Shown here piece after piece: positions 1-6,945 of a stretch of DNA of 34,229 nt. Both the position numbers and the translations under genes were made by a program. Below the pieces are notes generated by a model, which was not told the origin of the DNA, searched no databases, and was given only the letters and a program-made list of their open reading frames with translations. Each line of letters starts with the position of its first letter. Positions within the stretch are counted from its first letter, which is position 1. The stretch comes from Candidatus Kaiserbacteria bacterium (GTDB lineage Bacteria; Patescibacteriota; Minisyncoccia; Phycocordibacterales; UBA12088), in assembly GCA_003561715.1 (NCBI GenBank), contig PWVU01000025.1, forward strand, positions 1-34,229, read 5' to 3'.

Positions 1-1099
1 AACCTTTTCGTGAAGAAAATTCATTATAGTCAATAAGTACAGCACTGCTGTTCCTGGCATGAATAGCCCGGGCTGTGATGTTGTTAAAATGTGATCGTGT
101 TACTCGGGTGTTCTGCGCTCCCTCAAAATCAATACCACCACCATTGAAGTGAATGCCCTGCAGGATGTTGTATGATGCGCCGATGCGCATACGAGAGGTG
201 ATCTGCGCCCCAAGAGGATTTGCTGAACGAATGACGATAGGATTTTGTGAGGTACCGTTTCGACTTACCGAAAAAGATCCCGAGTAGGTGCCGTTTCCAA
301 GAACGATGTGGTCTCCTGGCTGAGCGCTTGAGAGTGCCGAGGAGAGTTGAGAGGCATTGGAGACGTTAATTGTGCGCAGCGGTGTTCCCAGCGGAGGAAT
401 GACCACGGAGCCGGCGGTGCTTGGAGAAGCGGCACCTCCCGTTTGTCCTCCGGTGGAAGGAGCGGGTGATGCCGCGCCGGTCGATGCGCCGCCTGCATAG
501 GCAGCTTCACCACCCTCCATTGCGCGCGTGTTGACAAACATCTGCACTTGCCACCGATTTTGAAGGCAACGATCATTGGTACAACCGCACCGCCATACCC
601 CTTCCACTCGCTCACACACAAAGGCAACGTGGTACAGCAGTGGCACATACATAGAGATCACACCTTCTGCTTCACCGACAAACCACACACCACGCGCTTC
701 TTCACCCCGAAGCGGCACGGGAATCCACTCGGTACCATTCCAAAAATAGGATACATTGAATACGAGTGTATCAGGGCTTCCGTTTCCTACGGCCACATCT
801 ATACCACGTTCAAACATCCCGGTCTCAGGATTTCTTCGTACAAAACATTCACCTGTTATCAAGGTGGTGTTGCTAAAGAACGAAAACGCCGCGCCGTACC
901 CCGGTGGTACCACTCGCACAGATGGGGAATACTGATGACACTGGAATGCAGTTGGGGTGGTGAGTGTGGGGGATTGGGCGTGGGCGGTGGGGGTGGATTG
1001 GGGAACATATCCAATAATACCACTATACATCGCGATTAAAAAGACCGACCCGATAGCAAGCGAAGTCGTTGCTAGTAAAAAAAATGTTGCCGGATACAT
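1..1099 (-). CDS. Partial CDS (3' end runs off the window): membrane-anchored protein with a right-handed parallel beta-helix (pectate-lyase/PL6-like) domain
   Basis: Absent from the supplied ORF track because it has no stop inside the window. I checked every plus-strand triplet starting at positions = 2 mod 3 from 2 to 1096 and found no tta/cta/tca, so the minus frame is open. ATG at 1099; alternative ATG at 1141; in-frame TAA at 1145-1147. Translation starts MYPATFFLLATTSLAIGSVFLIAMYSG (TM anchor), then a Cys-containing region and a Gly/Ala/Ser/Thr linker. It continues TINVSNASQLSSALSSAQPGDHIVLGNGTYSGSFSVSRNGTSQNPIVIRSANPLGAQI...GIHFNGGGIDFEGAQNTRVTRSHFNNI, which looks like the N-cap and first coils of a beta-helix. 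Confidence 0.6.
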   Translation of the reverse strand, partial: MYPATFFLLATTSLAIGSVFLIAMYSGIIGYVPQSTPTAHAQSPTLTTPTAFQCHQYSPSVRVVPPGYGAAFSFFSNTTLITGECFVRRNPETGMFERGIDVAVGNGSPDTLVFNVSYFWNGTEWIPVPLRGEEARGVWFVGEAEGVISMYVPLLYHVAFVCERVEGVWRCGCTNDRCLQNRWQVQMFVNTRAMEGGEAAYAGGASTGAASPAPSTGGQTGGAASPSTAGSVVIPPLGTPLRTINVSNASQLSSALSSAQPGDHIVLGNGTYSGSFSVSRNGTSQNPIVIRSANPLGAQITSRMRIGASYNILQGIHFNGGGIDFEGAQNTRVTRSHFNNITARAIHARNSSAVLIDYNEFSSRKG

Positions 1100-1180
1100 A
1101 CTACCGAGCCATCGAACACTATTGGAAAGTCTATACCACATAGTTTACGCGTTACCAGTATAGCAATCATCGGCAGATGA

Positions 1181-1651
1181 CTATAGTCGGCTATACACAT
1201 TCTTTTGAATACGCACAGGTCCGCGCGAATACTTCTTCTCAACACAGCTTTGACAACGACAGCCATGTGGCTCGATATGCTCTTCGACATACTCTTCTCC
1301 ATAGTCATATGCAATTTCTTCACCTGGTTGTATGGTTCTGATCGCATAGATAAATACACGCACGCCCACAACACGCGACTCAGCATTGGGTTTGCAGGAG
1401 TGGTTTATGTAGCGCGCAATATTTTCACGCCCCTTACCGTCAATGGTCCATTTTGAGTTGATCTCAAACAAATACTTGCCTCCACGACGATCTGCTTCGT
1501 CGTTGGTAATACGCTCCCCAGTATATTCGACAATGCGCTCACCACGTCGAATAGTAACAGTGGCGAAAAGACCAAGTCCCGCACGCGCACGAGCAACACG
1601 GTAGCATGGAGTAGTATCATCCGGAGAATTTGATTTGAACGATCTAGGCAT
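1181..1651 (-). CDS. SET-domain protein-lysine methyltransferase with a post-SET-like Cys cluster
   Basis: Motifs GLFATVTIRRGERIVEYTGERI, YINHSCKPN (NHSCxPN), GEEIAYDYG (ELxxDY-type) and the C-terminal cluster HGCRCQSC. The track start at 1705 is a TTG. ATG at 1651 (MPRSFKSNSPDD) is more likely and removes the overlap with the upstream gene. Stop is TAG. Confidence 0.8.
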   Translation of the reverse strand: MPRSFKSNSPDDTTPCYRVARARAGLGLFATVTIRRGERIVEYTGERITNDEADRRGGKYLFEINSKWTIDGKGRENIARYINHSCKPNAESRVVGVRVFIYAIRTIQPGEEIAYDYGEEYVEEHIEPHGCRCQSCVEKKYSRGPVRIQKNVYSRL

Positions 1652-1685
1652 GAGGCATGCATTCACCCTCTTGGTGTGAAATAGG

Positions 1686-2525
1686 TCAGTAGTCAAAATC
1701 TGCAAACGGCGGTTGGATCAAACGCCCGCGCTGGGGGAGCGAATCGATCTGCCTGATCTCATCTTCGGTCAACATAAGTGAGAGCGAGGCGATATACTCA
1801 TCCACCCCGGGAAACATACTTGCGCACTGCGCAACGATCACATTTTTGGCACGCGCCCACGCAAGTACGATCTGAGCCGGTGTTGCATTATATCCAGACG
1901 CAATGTCAACAATGAGCGGAGTGATCAGATCTTTTCCTTCACCAAACAACGAAAGCGCCATGGGAGCAATGCCGTGCGAATGACAGTAGATCTGCATCTC
2001 CTGTTGTGTAAAGGTTGGATGTAATTCAAATTGGTGCACTGCGATACCGACACCGGTTATGCGCGCTTCTTCCAAATGACGTTGCGTAAAATTACATACA
2101 CCGACCGCTTTGATCTTCCCCTCGGAAACGAGTGCTTGCATTTCCCCCAACGTATCGCCTATCGGCACTGTACGGTTCGGCCAATGGACCATGTACAGAT
2201 CGAGATAGTCTACACCCAACTTAGTAAGAGTACCCTCGCATGAGTGACGCAATTGTTTTGAGGTGAGATTATTCCACCACACCTTTGAAGAGAGAAACAA
2301 CTCCTTGCGAGGCACGCCTGTTTCTCCCATCGCCTTATGTATTGCTTCCATATCACTGTCGTGATCAGATAACTCAAGATGACGAAATCCCACTTCCAGG
2401 GCGTGTATGGTCATATCAAACCCACGCTGGCGCTCCAGCCCCTGCGTATCAAAACCCAAGACAGGAATCGCCGTTGTCTCGTTAAGCGGAATGGTGGGTA
2501 TCGGTGTGGGTTGCATTCGGACCAT
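1686..2525 (-). CDS. Aldo/keto reductase family protein with substituted catalytic residues (possible pseudo-enzyme)
   Basis: ALEVGFRH, FLSSKVWW, LDLYMVHWP, IKAVGVCNF and FELHP align well by eye to DkgA-type AKRs. The track start at 2564 is a TTG; ATG candidates lie at 2525 and 2516. Stop is TGA. Confidence 0.8.
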   Translation of the reverse strand: MVRMQPTPIPTIPLNETTAIPVLGFDTQGLERQRGFDMTIHALEVGFRHLELSDHDSDMEAIHKAMGETGVPRKELFLSSKVWWNNLTSKQLRHSCEGTLTKLGVDYLDLYMVHWPNRTVPIGDTLGEMQALVSEGKIKAVGVCNFTQRHLEEARITGVGIAVHQFELHPTFTQQEMQIYCHSHGIAPMALSLFGEGKDLITPLIVDIASGYNATPAQIVLAWARAKNVIVAQCASMFPGVDEYIASLSLMLTEDEIRQIDSLPQRGRLIQPPFADFDY

Positions 2526-3047
2526 ACTACCATGCAAAGTGTGGTCGAAGCGAATGTATGGCAATGCGGAATTCTGAGTAGAGTCCGAAGTCAGGAATGT
2601 ACTTATGAGTTTCGAATGTTGTGTCTCAATCGATTTCTGTTGCTTTCAGTTTCTCATCTCAGCATTCTTCATTGTGGGTTTTACATCTCAGATTCAGAAT
2701 TCCGGACCATACATCTCATTGTTAGTTATCCCCAGCTTATACCCCTCACTGTGCCCTTTTTGAGGTAAAATACCGCACTAACACGTTTGACAAGTAGTGC
2801 GCGGAAGATAATAATAGACGAAGGTGATATTCCACAGGAAGGGGGATGTGCATCTATCTACAAAAGGGGTTCAATCGCGCTTGCTTCTATCTTTCTTTAA
2901 GAGGGCAACCGTGATCCTTTCAACAAAACATATTGTCACACTTTTTTCTTCCGAACGAATTCACCTCACAATGCCCGGGCGTACGCTTGGGCATTGTGCG
3001 TTGTGGCGTACAGCACACAACGACACCGATATGCAAACCTATTGATT

Positions 3048-3072
3048 AGGCGGCAAGTCGGACTTGCCGCCT
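3048..3072 (-). terminator. Stem-loop just downstream of truB (10-bp perfect stem, 5-nt loop)
   Basis: aggcggcaag-tcgga-cttgccgcct, 30 nt after the truB stop. No clear T-run follows on either strand, so it is terminator-like only. Confidence 0.4.
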
Positions 3073-3101
3073 ACGTCACACGTACCGATCACAAGCACCC
3101 G

Positions 3102-3890
3102 TTACCGTATGGATGCATCGCTGGTATGCTCTCCAACCGCAGTGCGCACAAGTGAAAGCAGGCACCCATGTGCGCTAAGTACAGATCCCAATTCATGCGC
3201 CAGTGCACGAATATACGTTCCTGAGGAAACAGTGAATCGAATAGTAAGCACTGGGAATGATTCTTGATACCGTGGACCGAGAGTACGTTGCCAATCGGCG
3301 CGTATCTCTTCCTGGCGAAAGTCGCCCTCAACACACTGAACAGACCCCTCAATACGCGCGAGCAGTTTTGGCGCGGAGATATGTGAGATGCGCTCAAGTA
3401 TTGCACTGTACACTTCGATCTCATGAGTTGGTATCTCGATGTGATCGATCTTTCCTTCTCGCGCCCATTGAAAAAGGGGCTTACCCGCAACGGGCTTTGA
3501 AGAATATGGGGGATATGCTTGGGTGCGTTTCCCGACAAGACCCGCAACTGCACCCATGATCTGAGGCGCGTGAATCATGCGAAGCGACTTCGCATCCGCC
3601 TCGTGAGTGATACGTCCTAAGATATCATACGTATCGGTCGAGAAGCCGATAAGCACCCCGGCAACATACTCTTTCGGAAATGCGAGCATGTCATCACGGA
3701 CCTCTTGCGGGATCGATCCGGGCGCGAGCAAAAGCACGCCTTCCGCAAGAGGATCAAGACGTCCAAGGTAAGTCATGGGAGTGTCAGCGTATGCTGGATG
3801 TGACTCCTTAAAACGCGCAAGGCACGCCAGCGGTGTCTCGCCCGCTCTTTTATACATATTGATACAGGCATTGGTCTCGCACATACACAT
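3102..3890 (-). CDS. truB: tRNA pseudouridine(55) synthase TruB
   Basis: YLGRLDPLAEGVLLL contains the catalytic Asp motif (GxLDPxAxG). Also KEYVAGVLIGFSTDTYD and QAYPPYSSKPVAGKPLFQWAREG. A possible shorter start is ATG 3857 (MYKRAGETPL). Confidence 0.85.
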   Translation of the reverse strand: MCMCETNACINMYKRAGETPLACLARFKESHPAYADTPMTYLGRLDPLAEGVLLLAPGSIPQEVRDDMLAFPKEYVAGVLIGFSTDTYDILGRITHEADAKSLRMIHAPQIMGAVAGLVGKRTQAYPPYSSKPVAGKPLFQWAREGKIDHIEIPTHEIEVYSAILERISHISAPKLLARIEGSVQCVEGDFRQEEIRADWQRTLGPRYQESFPVLTIRFTVSSGTYIRALAHELGSVLSAHGCLLSLVRTAVGEHTSDASIR

Positions 3891-4099
3891 TGATCATCGA
3901 AAGCACTGCAAGCGTAGCACGAAAACGAACAGGATGCTTTACGCGCCTGCGTTAACTGACGCCGTAGCACACAGCGATCTACTATAGGTTAAACACAATA
4001 TAATTGTAAAATGTCAAAAAAGAGTTCCTGGCCTTTGTTTGCGCGGGGGTGGGAATGGGTTTTGTTACGGCGCGCTTGTCTGCTACACTGGAGCACACT

Positions 4100-5416
4100 A
4101 TGATTAAAAAAACCACCCCCCTTTCGACCGCGCCGTACAAAGGCGTACGCGACTTCTATCCGCGCGACATGGCGATATTCAACCATATCACCGATACCAT
4201 GCGCAGTGTCGCTGAGCAATTCGGTTTCGAAGAGTACCAGACCTCCCTCCTTGAGCCAACCGAGCTCTATCTCAACAAAACCAGCGCCGAAATAGTAAAT
4301 GAGCAAACGTACACGTTCACCGACCGCGGGGATCGCTCAGTTACTCTGCGTCCCGAAATGACCCCCTCGGTCACGCGCCTTGTTGCCGGACGTCGACGCG
4401 AGCTGCCCCTCCCGCTCAAGTGGTATTCCATCCCCAACTGCTTCCGCTACGAGCGTCCCCAAAAAGGACGTGTGCGTGAGCATTGGCAACTCAACTGCGA
4501 CATATTCGGCGACACCGGCGTCCGTGGTGAGATCGAGATCATACTACTTGCGCACGAGATCATGAAAGCGTTCGGTGCACGTGACGAGATGTTCACGATC
4601 AAACTTAACAACCGCACCATCTTGACTGACACCCTTACACGCGTTGCCAGTGACGGGGGGTATGAGCTCGATGAAAACCAAACACGTGCTATCTTGCGTA
4701 TTATGGATCGCAAGGAAAAACTGTCACCTGAGGAATATGCAAACGCTATGCAAGAGGCGGTCGGTGCTGAAATTGGACGCACCCTTATCGATGCGCATAC
4801 ACCGGAACGAGTCGGAGCAATCATGGCAGAATTACCGTCGCTTCAAGCATTTGTCGCTCTGCAAGAAGAGCTACACCGGCTTGGTATCACAAACATTGAG
4901 CACAGCACCGAGCTGGTGCGCGGGTTCGACTATTACACCGGCTTGGTGTTTGAGGTATTCGATACTTCGGGCGAAAATACTCGCTCTCTCTTTGGTGGAG
5001 GGCGCTATGACAATCTCATGGAACTCTTCGGACAAGAGCCGATTCCCGCCGTTGGGTTTGGTATGGGCGACACGGCACTGCGCGACTTCCTGGAGACGCA
5101 CAAGCTTTTGCCTTCCTATCAGTCACGCACAACGCTCTATATCGCAACGATCGGCGAAACCTTTGCCGGCGCCGAATATGTAGCTCAGCAACTGCGTGCG
5201 CAAGACGTGTCGGTCTCGGTCAACCTCGGCACCAAAAAACTCGGCGAGCAAATTAAACAAGCCGAATCGCTCGGTATCGAATTCCTTATTGCCGTGGGTG
5301 AAGATGAGCTCCGCTCCGGTACGTTCACGCTCAAACACCTTCCCTCTCGAAGTGAGCGCACCGTCACGCTGGACGACCTCGCCGAGGCACTCTTTTCTTT
5401 CGAAGAACACGCGTAG
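4100..5416 (+). CDS. hisS: Histidine--tRNA ligase
   Basis: Class II motifs FRYERPQKGRVREHWQLNCDIFG and GGGRYDNL, with a C-terminal anticodon-binding-like region. ATG 4100 is preceded by GGAG at 7-nt spacing. The track start at 4049 is a GTG. Confidence 0.95.
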   Translation: MIKKTTPLSTAPYKGVRDFYPRDMAIFNHITDTMRSVAEQFGFEEYQTSLLEPTELYLNKTSAEIVNEQTYTFTDRGDRSVTLRPEMTPSVTRLVAGRRRELPLPLKWYSIPNCFRYERPQKGRVREHWQLNCDIFGDTGVRGEIEIILLAHEIMKAFGARDEMFTIKLNNRTILTDTLTRVASDGGYELDENQTRAILRIMDRKEKLSPEEYANAMQEAVGAEIGRTLIDAHTPERVGAIMAELPSLQAFVALQEELHRLGITNIEHSTELVRGFDYYTGLVFEVFDTSGENTRSLFGGGRYDNLMELFGQEPIPAVGFGMGDTALRDFLETHKLLPSYQSRTTLYIATIGETFAGAEYVAQQLRAQDVSVSVNLGTKKLGEQIKQAESLGIEFLIAVGEDELRSGTFTLKHLPSRSERTVTLDDLAEALFSFEEHA

Positions 5417-5422
5417 CGTGTG

Positions 5423-5444
5423 GATGCGATCGCCAGATCGCATC
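5423..5444 (+). terminator. Hairpin after hisS (9-bp perfect stem, 4-nt loop)
   Basis: gatgcgatc-gcca-gatcgcatc begins 7 nt after the hisS TAG. No T-tract follows, so it is weak as an intrinsic terminator. Confidence 0.3.
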
Positions 5445-5480
5445 ATCAGAAACTAAAAACAAGCAACTAGAAACTACATT

Positions 5481-6056
5481 ATGCGTTACTTAGTCTTCGA
5501 CATCGAAACCAGCAACGTATTCTCGGACATTGGCAGGAGTGACCCGTCTGCGCTCGATCTCTCCGTTATTGCCGTATATGACTCTGCGAGCAATACCTAC
5601 ACAAGCTATTTTCAGAACGAACTCAACAAACTCTGGCCACTGATCGAGCACACTGACGTGCTAATCGGTTGGAACTCCGACCATTTCGACATCCCCCTAC
5701 TCAACAAATACTATCCCGGCGACCTGTCTCGTATTCCCTCACTCGACCTCATGGAAGAGGTGCGCAAGGCATTCGGTCGCCGCTTAAAGCTCGACAGCGT
5801 CGCACAAGCGACCCTCAACGTAGGCAAAAGCGGTCACGGTCTTCAGGCGATCCAGTGGTGGCAACAGGGTGAGTATGAAAAAGTACGCGAGTACTGTATC
5901 CAAGACGTGAAAGTAACCAAAAAACTCTTCGACTACGCTCTCAAGCACGGGTACGTAAAATTTGAAGAACTGGGCAAAAAGCGCAAGATCCCGCTCGACA
6001 CCAGAGCGTGGGACACCCACCGTTCGGAAGGTATTACACACACACTTCCCTTCTAA
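5481..6056 (+). CDS. DEDD-type 3'-5' exonuclease / RNase H-like fold protein
   Basis: Exo motifs LVFDIETSN (ExoI), GWNSDHFDIPLL (ExoII) and YCIQDVKVT (ExoIII, Y-x3-D, i.e. DEDDy). Confidence 0.7.
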   Translation: MRYLVFDIETSNVFSDIGRSDPSALDLSVIAVYDSASNTYTSYFQNELNKLWPLIEHTDVLIGWNSDHFDIPLLNKYYPGDLSRIPSLDLMEEVRKAFGRRLKLDSVAQATLNVGKSGHGLQAIQWWQQGEYEKVREYCIQDVKVTKKLFDYALKHGYVKFEELGKKRKIPLDTRAWDTHRSEGITHTLPF

Positions 6057-6937
6057 TACCCTTTTCGGGCAAGAATTTTCGCAAACTCCGCACCCACCAA
6101 TACAGACATAACCGCATAGTAACTCCAAAGCATAAGAGCAACCAGTGAGCTTGCCACCCCATACGCCGCGACTGCAACATCCGACAGCACGAGTGCGAAC
6201 AGTTCGTTGAGTAATGTGATCAGCGCCGCCGCGATAAGCGCTCCCGCAAGTCGTGACTGAAGTGTGGTATATGCTTCACCTACAAGGCGATATATCACAC
6301 TTAATGAGAGCCACAGCGCCACCAATGCAAATGACGATCCGAACAGACCGATGAATGGACCACCAACCGCAGTGACGATACCACCTTGCGCAACTATGAT
6401 ACCCGCAATCGACTTGAATAAGATGAGCAAGACCACTAGCATCAAGAGTACGATCAATATCGCCATCGAACCGAGATAGCGAAGAATACCCCGTAAGGTG
6501 GGAGATTCTCTTTCACGCTCCTCTCCCACCAGAATCACATGGAATGCGGAGCGAAAATGGTAAATCGCACGCGCAGCCGCAAACAACAGTACCACGATAC
6601 TCACTACCGATGCCGTGACCGCACCTCGCAGTTCTTGTATGGTAAGGAGTAATCCCTCAATAAAATCTCCTACCGTCTCGTCAAGTACCCCGGCAGTCAA
6701 TTGAGTGATTGACCGAATCAGTACCTGATCGCTTACGAATAGACCACCGATCATAACCAACAAAAACAACAGGGGTACCAGTGCGAGTACGATATGGAAT
6801 GCAAGTGCCGCGGAACGTTCTTCCACTTCATTACGTGAGTACGCGCTCCCAACCGCACCAATCACATTGATTGTGCGACGCACAGGCGTGGGAAGTTTGT
6901 GATACCCTCGTTTAAATCGAAATATGTTATTGCCCAT
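6053..6937 (-). CDS. YihY/BrkB-family integral membrane protein
   Basis: Multi-pass hydrophobic protein with the YihY-like N-terminus (AALAFHIVLALVPLLFLL) and about 6 TM segments. It overlaps the convergent exonuclease gene by 4 nt. Confidence 0.75.
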   Translation of the reverse strand: MGNNIFRFKRGYHKLPTPVRRTINVIGAVGSAYSRNEVEERSAALAFHIVLALVPLLFLLVMIGGLFVSDQVLIRSITQLTAGVLDETVGDFIEGLLLTIQELRGAVTASVVSIVVLLFAAARAIYHFRSAFHVILVGEERERESPTLRGILRYLGSMAILIVLLMLVVLLILFKSIAGIIVAQGGIVTAVGGPFIGLFGSSFALVALWLSLSVIYRLVGEAYTTLQSRLAGALIAAALITLLNELFALVLSDVAVAAYGVASSLVALMLWSYYAVMSVLVGAEFAKILARKGY

Positions 6938-6945
6938 ATGCAGAA

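Noticed and set aside
265-1039. Track ORFs 265..648(-) and 548..1039(+).
   Set aside because: Both lie inside the continuous 366-codon minus-frame ORF (1-1099), which has recognisable domain features. Their own translations are Cys/His/Arg/Trp-rich with no motifs.
2839-2852. The 14-mer aagggggatgtgca is shared by the two largest non-coding gaps (also at 16332-16345). There are also the loose similarities GCGTTGTG(G/T)CGTAC and GGGTTCAAT.
   Set aside because: The matches are short, not colinear and partly on opposite strands. A few 14-mer coincidences are expected in 34 kb. I cannot distinguish a dispersed repeat from chance without a genome-wide count.
2824-3045. A 73-aa GTG-initiated ORF in the truB-AKR gap.
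   Set aside because: It has no recognisable motif, an odd composition and no convincing ribosome-binding site. It is treated as non-coding pending homology search.
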